From Eledone cirrhosa (taxonomy: Eukaryota), in the NCBI GenBank assembly GCA_964016885.1, contig OZ024744.1:16616001-16680000 (forward strand): a stretch of DNA of 64,000 nucleotides. The letters are read 5' to 3'. The notes under the pieces are model-generated. The model did not search any database. It saw nothing but the letters and a program-made list of their open reading frames with translations, and had not been told where the DNA came from. Shown piece by piece: positions 1 to 11,269 of this stretch (the stretch's first letter is position 1; every line of letters starts with the position of its first letter). A program made the position numbers and the translations under genes.

Positions 1-3000
1 AAGAATGTGTCCTGTGTTTACTGTAGTACTGTGTAAAGTGTACTGTTCACCTGAAGAATGTGTCCTGGGTTTACTGTAGTACTGTGTAAAGTGTACTGTT
101 CACCTGAAGAATGTGTCCTGTGTTTACTGTGGTACTGTGTAAAGTGTACTGTTCAGCTGAAGAATATGTCCTGTGTTTACTCTAGTACTGTGTAAAGTGT
201 ACTGTTCACCTGAAGAATATGTCCTCTGTATAACATAGTAATGTGTAAAGTGTACTGTTCACCTGAAGAATGTGTCCTGTGTTTACTGTGGTACTGTGTA
301 AAGTGTACTGTTCAGCTGAAGAACGTGTCCTGTGTTTACTGTAGTACTGTGTACAGTGTACTGTTCAGTTGAAGAATGTGTCCCGTGTTTACTGTAGTAC
401 TGTGTAACGTGTACTGTTCACCTGAAGAATGTGTCCTGTGTTTACTGTAGTACTGTTTAAAGTGTACTGTTCAGCTGAAGAATGTGTCCTGTGTTTACTG
501 TAGTACTGTGTAACGTGCACTGTTAACCTGAAGAATGTGTCCTGTGTTTACTGTCGTACTGTGTAAAGTGTAATGTTCACTTGAAGAATGTGTCCTGTGT
601 TTACTGTAGTACTGTGTAAAGTGTACAGTTCAGATGAAGAATAAGTCCTGTGTTTAGTGTAGTACTGTGTTAAGTGTACTGTTCACCTGAAGAATGTGTC
701 CTGTGTTTACTGTAGTACTGTGTAAAGTGTACTGTTCACCTGAAGAATATATCGTGTGTTTACTGTAGTAATGTGTAAATTGTACTGTACACGTGAAGAA
801 TCTGTTCTGTGTTGACTGTAGTACTGTGTAAAGTGTACTGTTCAGCTGAGGAATGTTTCCTGCGTTTACTTTAGTACTGTGTAAAGTATACTGTTCACCT
901 GACGAATGTGTCCTGTGTTTACTGTAGTAACGTGTAAAGTGTACTGTTCACCTGAAGAATGTGTCCTGTGTTTATTGTAGTAATGTGTAAAGTGTACTGT
1001 TCACCTGAAGAATGTGTCCTGTGTTTATTGTAGTAATGTGTAAAGTGTACTGTTCACCTGAAGAATGTGTCCTGTGTTTACTGTGGTGCTGTGTAAAGTG
1101 TACTGTTCACCTGAAGAATGTGTCCTGTGTTTAATGTAGTACTGTGTAAAGTGTACTGTTCACCTGAAGAATGTGTCCCCTGTTTACTGTAGTACTGTGT
1201 AAAGTGTACTGTTCAGCTAACTAATGGTTCCTGTGTTTACTGTAGTACTGTGTAAAGTGTACTGCTCAGCTGAAGAATGTGTCCTGTGTTTACTGTCGTA
1301 CTGTGTAAAGTGTACTGTTCACCTGACGAACGTGTCCTGTGTTTATGGTAGTAATGTGTAAAGTGTACTGTTCACCTGAAGAATGTGTCCTGTGTTTAAT
1401 GTAGTACTGTGTAAGGTGTACTGTTCACCTGAAGAATGTGTCCCCTGTTTACTGTAGTACTGTGTAAAGTGTACTGTTCAGCTGAAGAATGTTTCCTGTG
1501 TTTACTGTAGTACTGTGTAAAGTGTACTGTTCACCTGACGAACGTGTCCTGTGTTTATGGTAGTAATGTGTAAAGTGTACTGTTCACCTGAAGAATGTGT
1601 CCTGTGTTTAATGTAGTACTGTGTAAAGTGTACTGTTCACCTGAAGAATGTGTCCCCTGTTTACTGTAGTACTGTGTAAAGTGTACTGTTCAGCTGAAGA
1701 AAGTGTCCTGTGTTTACTGTAGTACTGTGTAAAGTGTACTGTTCACCTGAAGAATGTATCCTGTGTTTACTGTTTTACTGTGGTACTGTGTAAAGCGTAT
1801 TGTTCAGCTGAATGATGTGTCCTGTGTTTACTGTAGTACTTGGTAACATGTACTGTTCAGCTAACTAATGGTTCCTGTGTTTACTGTAGTACTGTGTAAA
1901 GTGTACTCTTCACCTGAATAATGTGTCCTGTGTTTACTGTCGTACTGTGTAAAGTGTACTCTTCACCTGAAGAATGTGTCCTGTGTTTGCTGCAGTACTG
2001 TGTAAAGTGTACTGTTCACCTGACGAATGTGTCCTGTGTTTACTCTAGTACTGTGTAATGTGTACTGTTCACCTGAAGAATGTGTCCTTTGTTTACTGTG
2101 GTACTGTGTAAAGTGTACTGTTCACCTGAAGAATGTGTCCTGTGTTTACTGTGGTACTGTGTAAAGTGTACTGTTCACCTGAAGAATGTGTCCTGTGTTT
2201 ACTGTAGTAATGTGTAAAGTGTACAGTTAACCTGAAGAATGTGTCCTGTGTTTACTGTGGTACTGTGTAAAGTGTACTGTTCACCTGAAGAATGTGTCCT
2301 GTGTTTGCTGTAGTAATGTGTAAAGTGTACTGTTCACCTGAAGAATGTGTCCTGTGTTTACTGTGGTACTGTGTAAAGTGTACTGTTCACCTGAAGCATG
2401 TGTCCTGTGTTTACTGTAGTACTGTGTAAAGTGTACTGTTCATCTGAAGAATATGTCCTGCGTTTACTGTAGTACTGTGTAAAGTATAATGTTTAGCTGA
2501 AGAAAGTGTCCTGTGTTTAATGTAGTACTGTGTAAAGTGTACTGTTCACCTGAAGAATGTGTCCTGTGTTTACTGTGGTACTGTGTAAAGTGTACTGTTC
2601 ACCTGAAGAAAGTGTCCTGTGTTTACTGTAGTAACGTGTAAAGTGTACTGTTCACCTGAAGAATGTGTCCTGTGTTTACTGTAGTACTGTGTAAAGTGTA
2701 CTGTTCAGCTGAAGAATGTGTCCTGTGTTTACTGTAGTACTGTGTAAAGTGTACTGTTCACCTGAAGAATGTGTCCTGTGTTTACTGTAGTACTGTGTAA
2801 AGTGTACTGTTCAGCTGAAGAATGCGTCCTGTGTTTACTGTAGTACTGTGTAAAGTGTACTGTTCACCTGAAGAATGTGTCCTGTGTTTACTGTAGTACT
2901 GTGTAAAGTGTATTGTTCACATGAAGAATGTGTCCTGTGTTTACTGTAGTACTGTGTAAAGTGTACTGTTCACCTGACGAATGTGTCCTGTGTTTACTGT

Positions 3001-6000
3001 AGTACAGTGTAATGTGTACTGTTCAGCTGAAGAATGTGTCCTGTCTTTACTGTAGTACTGTGTAAAGTGTACTGTTCACCTGAAGAATGTGTCCTGTGTT
3101 TACTGTAGAACTGTGTAAAGTGTACTGTTCAGCTGAAGAATGTGTCCTGTGTTTACTGTAGTACTGTGGAAAGTGTACTGTTCAGCTAACTAATGGTTCC
3201 TGTGTTTACTGTAGTACTGTGTAAAGTGTACTGCTCAGCTGAAGAATGTGTCCTGGGTTTACTGTCGTACTGTGTAAAGTGTACTGTTCAGCTGAAAAAT
3301 GTGTCCTGTGTTTGCTGCAGTATTGTGTAAAGTGTACTGTTCAGCTGAAGAATGTGTTCTGTGTTTACTGTAGTACTGTGTAAAGTGTACTGTTCACCTG
3401 ACGAACGTGTCCTGTGTTTATGGTAGTAATGTGTAAAGTGTACTGTTCACCTGAAGAATGTGTCCTGTATTTAATGTAGTACTGTGTAAAGTGTACTGTT
3501 CACCTGAAGAATGTGTCCCCTGTTTACTGTAGTACTGTGTAAAGTGTACTGTTCAGCTGAAGAAAGTGCCTGTGCTTACTGTAGTACTGTGTAAAGTGTA
3601 CTGTTGACCTGAAGAATGTGTCCTGTGTTTACTCTCGTACTGTGTAGAGTGTACTCTTCAGCTGAAGAATGTGTCCTGTGTTTGCTGCAGTACTGTGTAA
3701 AGTGTACTGTTCAGCTGAAGAATGTCTCCTGTGTTTACTGTAGTACTGTGTAAAGTGTACTGTTCTCCTGAAGAATATGTCCCGTGTTTACTGTAGTACT
3801 GTGTAAAGTGTACTCTTCACCTGAAGAATGTGTCCTGTGTTTACTGTAGTACTGTGTAAAGTGTACTGTTCACCTGAAGAATGTGTCCTGTGTTTACTGT
3901 AGTACTGTGTAAAGTATAATGCACAGCTGAAGAAAGTGTCCTGTGTTTATTGTAGTACTGTGTAAAATTTACTGTTCACCTGAAGAATGTGTACTGTGTT
4001 TACGGTAGTACTGTGTAAAGTGTACTCTTCACCTGAAGAATGTGTCCTGTGTTTACTGTAGTACTTTGTAAAGTGTACTGTTCACCTGAAGAATGTATCC
4101 TGTGTTTACTGTTTTACTGTGGTACTGTGTAAAGCGTATTGTTCAGCTGAAGGATGTGTCCTGTGTTTACTGTAGTACTGTGTAACATGTACTGTTCAGC
4201 TAACTAATGGTTCCTGTGTTTACTATAGTACTGTGTAAAGTGTACTCTTCACCTGAATAATGTGTACTGTGTTTACTGTCGTACTGTGTAAAGTGTACTC
4301 TTCACCTGAAGAATGTGTCCTGTGTTTGCTGCAGTACTGTGTAAAGTGTACTGTTCACCTGACGAATGTGTCCTGTGTTTACTGTAGTACTGTGTAATGT
4401 GTACTGTTCAGCTGAAGAATGTGTCCTGTGTTTACTGTAGTACTGTGTAAAGTGTACTGTTCACCTGAAGAATGTGTCCTGTGTTTACTGTAGTACTGTG
4501 TAAAGTGTACTGTTGACCTGAAGAATGTGTCCTGTGTTTACTGTAGTACTGCGTAAAGTGTACTGTTCAGCTGAAGAATGTGTCCTGTGTTTACTGTGGT
4601 ACTGTGTAAAGTGTACTGTTCACCTGAAGAATGTGTACTGTGTTTACTGTAGTACTGTGTAAAGTGTACTGTTTAGCTGAAGAAAGTGTCCTGTGTTTAC
4701 TGTAGTACTGTGTAACGTGTACTGTTCACCTGAAGAATGTGTCCTGTGTTTACTGTGGTACTGTGTAAAGTGTACTGTTCACCTGAAGAATGTGTCCTGT
4801 GTTTACTGTAGTAATGTGTAAAGTGTACAGTTAACCTGAAGAATGTGTCCTGTGTTTACTGTGGTACTGTGTAAAGTGTACTGTTCACCTGAAGAATGTG
4901 TCCTGTGTTTACTGTAGTAATGTGTAAAGTGTACTGTTCACCTGAAGAATATGTCCTGTGTTTACTGTAGTACTGTGTAAAGTGTACTGTTCATCTGAAG
5001 AATATGTCCTGTGTTTACTGTAGTACTGTGTAAAGTATAATGTTTAGCTGAAGAATGTGTCCTGTGTTTACTGTAGTACTGTGTAAAGTGTAATTTTCAC
5101 CTGAAGAATGTGTCCTGTGTTTTCTGTAGTACTGCGTAAAGTGTACTGTTCACCTGAAGAATGTGTCCTGTGTTTACTGTGGTACTGTGTAAAGTGTACT
5201 GTTCACCTGAAGAACGTGTCATGTGTTTACTGTGGTACTGTGTAAAGTGTACTGTTCATCTGAAGAATGTGTCCTGTGTTTACTGTAGTAATGTGTAAAG
5301 TGTGCTGTTCAGCTGAAGAATATGTCCTGTGTTTACTGTGGTACGGTGTAAAGTGTACTGTTCACCTGAAGAATATGTCCCGTGTTTACTGTAGTACTGT
5401 GTAAAGTGTACTGTTCACCTGAAGAATGTCTCCTGTGTCTACTGTAGTACTGTGTAAAGTATAATGCACAGCTGAAGAAAGTGTCCTGTGTTTACTGTAG
5501 TACTGTGTAAAATTTACTGTTCACCTGAAGAATGTGTACTATGTTTACGGTAGTACTGTGTAAAGTGTACTCTTCACCTGAAGAATGTGTCCTGTGTTTA
5601 CTGTAGTACTGTGTAAAGTGTACTGTTCACCTGAAGAATGTATCCCGTGTTTACTGTTTTACTGTGGTACTGTGTAAAGCGTATTGTTCAGCTGAAGGAT
5701 GTGTCCTGTGTTTACTGTAGTACTGTGTAACATGTACTGTTCAGCTAAGTAATGGTTCCTGTGTTTACTGTAGTACTGTGTAAAGTGTACTCTTCACCTG
5801 AATAATGTGTCCTGTGTTTACTGTCGTACTGTGTAAAGTGTACTCTTCACCTGAAGAATGTGTCCTGTGTTTGCTGCAGTACTGTGTAAAGTGTACTGTT
5901 CACCTGACGAATGTGTCCTGTGTTTACTGTAGTACTGTGTAAAGTGTACTGTTGACCTGAAGAATGTGTCCTGTGTTTACTGTAGTACTGCGTAAAGTGT

Positions 6001-9000
6001 ACTGTTCACCTGAAGAATGTGTCCTGTGTTTACTGTAGTAATGTTTAAAGTGTACTGTTCACCTGAAGAATGTGTCCTGTGTTTACTGTGGTACTATGTA
6101 AAGTGTACTGTTCACCTGAAAAATGTGTCCTGTGTTTACTGTAGTAATGTGTAAAGTGTACAGTTAACCTGAAAAATGTGTCCTGTGTTTACTGTGGTAC
6201 TGTGTAAAGTGTACTGTTCACCTGAAGAATGTGTCCTGTGTTTGCTGTAGTAATGTGTAAAGTGTACTGTTCACCTGAAGAATGTGTCCTGTGTTTACTG
6301 TGGTACTGTGTAAAGTGTACTGTTCACCTGAAGCATGTGTCCTGTGTTTACTGTAGTAATGTGTAAAGTGTACTGTTCACCTGAAGAATATGTCCTGTGT
6401 TTACTGTAGTACTGTGTAAAGTGTACTGTTCATCTGAAGAATATGTCCTGTGTTTACTGTAGTACTGTGTAAAGTATAATGTTTAGCTGAAGAAAGTGTC
6501 CTGTGTTTACTGTAGTACTGTGTAAAGTGTACTGTTCACCTGAAGAATGTGTCCTGTGTTTACTGTGGTACAGTGTAAAGTGTACTGTTCACCTGAAGAA
6601 AGTGTCCTGTGTTTACTGTAGTAACGTGTAAAGTGTACTGTTCACTTGAAGAATGTGTCCTGTGTTTACTGTAGTACTGTGTAAAGTGTACTGTTCACCT
6701 GAAGAATGTGTCCTGTGTTTACTGTAGTACTGTGTAAAGTGTACTGTTCACCTGAAGAATGTGTCCTGTGTTTACTGTAGTACTGTGTAAAGTGTACTGT
6801 TCACCTGAAGAATGTGTCCTGTGTTGACTGTAGTACTGTGTAAAGTGTATTGTTCACATGAAGAATGTGTCCTGTGTTTACTGTAGTACTGTGTAAAGTG
6901 TACTGTTCACCTGAAGAATGTGTCCTGTGTTTAATGTAGTACTCTGTAAAGTGTACTGTTCACATGAAGAATGTGTCCAGTGTTTTCTGTAGTACTGCGT
7001 AAAGTGTACTGTTCACCTGAAGAATGTGTCCTGTGTTTACTGTAGTACTGTGTAAAGTGTAATTTTCACCTGAAGAATGTGTCCTGTCTTTTCTGTAGTA
7101 CTGCGTAAAGTGTACTGTTCACCTGAAGAATGTGTCCTGTGTTTACTGTGGTACTGTGTAAAGTGTACTGTTCACCTGAAGAACGTGTCATGTGTTTACT
7201 GTGGTACTGTGTAAAGTGTATTGTTCACATGAAGAATGTGTCCTGTGTTTATTGTAGTACTGTCTAAAGTGTACTGTTCACCTGACGAATGTGTCCTGTG
7301 TTTACTGTAGTAATGTGTAAAGTGTGCTGTTCAGCTGAAGAATATGTCCTGTGTTTACTGTGGTACGGTGTAAAGTGTACTGTTCACCTGAAGAATATGT
7401 CCCGTGTTTACTGTAGTACTGTGTAAAGTGTACTGTTCACCTGAAGTATGTGTCCTGTGTTTACTGTAGAACTGTGTAAAGTGTACTGTTCAGCTGAAGA
7501 ATGTGTCCTGTGTTTACTGTAGTACTGTGTAAAGTGTACTGCCCAGCTGAAGAATGTGTCCTGTGTTTACTGTCGTACTGTGTAAAGTGTACTGTTCAGC
7601 TGAAAAATGTGTCCTGTGTTTGCTGCAGTACTGTGTAAAGTGTACAGTTCAGCTGAAGAATGTGTCCTGTGTTTACTGTAGTACTGTGTAAAGTGTACTG
7701 TTCACCTGACGAACGTGTCCTGTGTTTATGGTAGTAATGTGTAAAGTGTACTGTTCACCTGAAGAATGTGTCCTGTGTTTAATGTAGTACTGTGTAAAGC
7801 GTACTGTTCACCTGAAGAATGTGTCCCCTGTTTACTGTAGTACTGTGTAAAGTGTACTGTTCAGCTGAAGAAAGTGTCCTGTGTTTACTGTAGTACTGTG
7901 TAAAGTGTACTGTTCACCTGAAGAATGTGTCCTGTGTTTACTGTAGTACTGTGTATAGTGTACTGTTCACCTGCAGAAAGTGTCCTGTGTTTACTGTAGT
8001 AACGTGTAAAGTGTACTGTTCACCTGAAGAATGTGTCCTGTGTTTACTGTAGTACTGTGTAAAGTGTACTGTTCGCCTGAAGAATGTGTCCTGTGTTGAC
8101 TGTGGTACAGTGTAAAGGGTACTGTTCAGCTGAGGAATGTGTCCTGTGTTTACTGTAGTACTGTGTAAAGTGTACTGTTCAGCTGAAGAATGTGTCCTGT
8201 GTTTACTGTAGTACTGTGTAAAGTGTACTGTTCACCTGAAGAAAGTGTCCTGTGTTTATTGTAGTAACGTGTAAAGTGTACTGTTCACCTGAAGAATGTG
8301 TCCTGTGTTTACTGTAGTACTGTGTAACGTGTACTGTTCACATGAAGAAAGTGTCCTGTGTTTGCTGCAGTACTGTGTAAAGTGTACTGTTCAGCTGAAG
8401 AATGTGTCCTGTGTTTACTGTAGTACTGTGTAAACTGTACTGTTCACCTGACGAACGTGTCCTGTGTTTATGGTAGTAATGTGTAAAGTGTACTGTTCAC
8501 CTGAAGAATGTGTCCTGTGTTTACTCTCGTACTGTGTAGAGTGTACTCTTCAGCTGAAGAATGTGTCCTGTGTTTGCTGCAGTACTGTGTAAAGTGTACT
8601 GTTCAGCTGAAGAATGTCTCCTGTGTTTACTGTAGTACTGTGTAAAGTGTACTGTTCTCCTGAAGAATATGTCCCGTGTTTACTGTAGTACTGTGTAAAG
8701 TGTACTCTTCACCTGAAGAATGTGTCCTGTGTTTACTGTAGTACTGTGTAAAGTGTAATGCACAGCTGAAGAAAGTGTCCTGTGTTTACTGTAGTACTGT
8801 GTTAAGTGTACTTTTCACCTGAGGAATGTGTCCTGTGTTTACTGTAGTACTGTGTAAAGTGTACTGTCCACCTGATGAATGTGTCCTGTGTTTACTGTAG
8901 TACTGTGTAAAGTGTACTGTTCAGCTAACGAATGGTTCCTGTGTTTACTGTAGTACTGTGTAAAGTGTACTTTTCACCTGAGGAATGTGTCCTGTGTTTA

Positions 9001-11269
9001 CTGTAGTACTGTGTAAAGTGTACTGTTCACCTGACGAATGTGTCCTGTGTTTACTGTAGTACTGTGTAAAGTGTACTGTTCAGATGAAGAATGTGTCCTG
9101 TGTTTACTGTAGTACTGTGTAATGTGTACTGTTCAGCTGAAGAATGTGTCCTGTGTTTACTGTAGTACAGTGTAAAGCGTACTGTTCAGCTGTAGAATGT
9201 GTCCTCTGTTTACTGTAGTACTGTGTAAAGTGTACTGTTCACATGAAGAATGTGTCCTGTGTTTATTGTAGTACTGTCTAAAGTGTACTCTTCACCGGAA
9301 GAACGTGTCCTGTGTTTACTGTAGTACTGTGTAAAGTGTACTGTTCAGTTGAAGAATGTGTCCTGTGTTTACTGTAGTACTGTGTAAAGTGTACTGTTCA
9401 GCTGAAGAGTGTATCCTGTGTTTACTGTAGTACTGTGTACAGTGTACTCTTTACCTGAGGAATGTGTCCTGTGTTTACAGTAGTAATGTGTAAAGTGTAC
9501 TGTTCACCTGAAGAATGTGTCCTGTTTTTACTGTAGTACTGTGTAAAGTATACTGTTCATCTGAAGAATGTGTCCTGTGTTGACTGTAGTACTGTGTAAA
9601 GTGTACTGTTCAGCTGAAGAAAGTGTCCTGTGTTTACTGTAGTACTGTGTAAAGTGTACTGTTCAGCTGAAGAATGTGTCCTGTGTTTACTGTAGTACTG
9701 TGTAAAGTGTACTGTTCACCTGAAGAATATGTCCTGTGTTTACTGTAGTAATGTGTAAAGTGTGCTGTTCAGCTGAAGAATATGTCCTGTGTTTAGTGTG
9801 GTACTGTGTAAAGTATTCTGTTCACCTGAAGAATATGTCCCGTGTTTACTGTAGTACTGTGTAAAGTGTACTCTTCACCTGAAGAATGTGTCCCGTGTTT
9901 ACTGTAGTACTGTGTAAAGTGTACTGTACAGCTGAAGAATGTGTCCTGTGTTTACTGTAGTACTGTGTAAAGTGTAATGTTCATCTGAAGAATGTGTCCT
10001 GTGTTTACTGTAGTACTGTGTAAAGTTTAATGCACAGCTGAAGAATGTGTCCTGTGTTTACTGTAGTACTGTGTAAAGTGTACTGTTCACCTGAAGAATG
10101 TGTCCTGTGTTTACTGTAGTACTGTGTAAAGAGTACTGTTCACCTGAAGAATGTGTCCTGTGTTTACTGTAGTACTGTGTACAGTGTAATGTTCAGCTGA
10201 AGAAAGTGTCCTGTGTTTACTGTAGGACTGTGTAAAGTGTACTGTTCACCTGAAGAATGTGTACTGTGTTTACTGTAGTACTGTGTAAAGTGTACTCTTC
10301 ACCTGAAGAATGTGTCCTGTGTTTACTGTAGTACTGTGTAAGATGTACTGTTCAGCTAACTAATGTTCCTGTGTTTACTGTAGTACCGTGTAAAATGTAC
10401 TCTTCACCTGAAGAATGTGTCCTGTGTTTGCTGCAGTACTGTGTAAAGTGTACCGTTCAGCTGAACAATGTGTCCTGTGTTTACTGTAGTACTGGGTAAA
10501 GTATACTGTTCACCTGAAGAATGTGTCCTGTGTTTACTGTAGTAATGTGTAAAGTGTACTGTTCACCTGAAGAATGTCTCCAGTGTTTTCTGTAGTCCTG
10601 CGTAAAGTGTACTGTTCACCTGAAGAATGTGTCCTGTGTTTACTGTAGTACTGTGTAAAGTGTAATTTTCACCTGAAGAATGTGTCCTGTGTTTTCTGTA
10701 GTACTGCGTAAAGTGTACTGTTCACGTGAAGAATGTGTCCTGTGTTTACTGTGGTACTGTGTAAAGTGTACTGTTCACCTGAAGAACGTGTCATGTGTTT
10801 ACTGTGGTACTGTGTAAAGTGTACTGTTCATCTGAAGAATGTGTCCTGTGTTTACTGTAGTAATGTGTAAAGTGTACTGTTCAGCTGAAGAATGTGACCT
10901 GTGTTTACTGTAGTACTGTGTAAAGTGTACTGTTGAGCTAACTAATGGTTCCTGTGTTTACTGTAGTACTGTGTAACGTGTACTGCTCAGCTGAAAAATG
11001 TGTCCTGTGTTTGCTGCAGTACTGTGTAAAGTGTACTGTTCAGCTGAAGAATGTGTCCTGTGTTTACTGTAGTACTGTGTAAACTGTACTGTTCACCTGA
11101 CGAACGTGTCCTGTGTTTATGGTAGTAATGTGTAAAGTGTACTGTTCACCTGAAGAATGTGTCCTGTGTTTACTCTCGTACTGTGTAGAGTGTACTCTTC
11201 AGCTGAAGAATGTGTCCTGTGTTTGCTGCAGTACTGTGTAAAGTGTACTGTTCAGCTGAAGAATGTCTC

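Noticed and set aside
26-32. RSS-heptamer-like CACAGTA on the minus strand (approximate position)
   Set aside because: Only a 6/7 match, and no ACAAAAACC-like nonamer at 12 or 23 bp.
19-46. LexA/SOS-box half-sites (TACTGT)
   Set aside because: They are direct repeats, not the inverted CTGT-N8-ACAG arrangement, and the context is not bacterial-like.
2485-2490. TATAAT (-10 box-like) in variant monomers
   Set aside because: It arises from two substitutions in TGTACT, with no -35 element or downstream gene.
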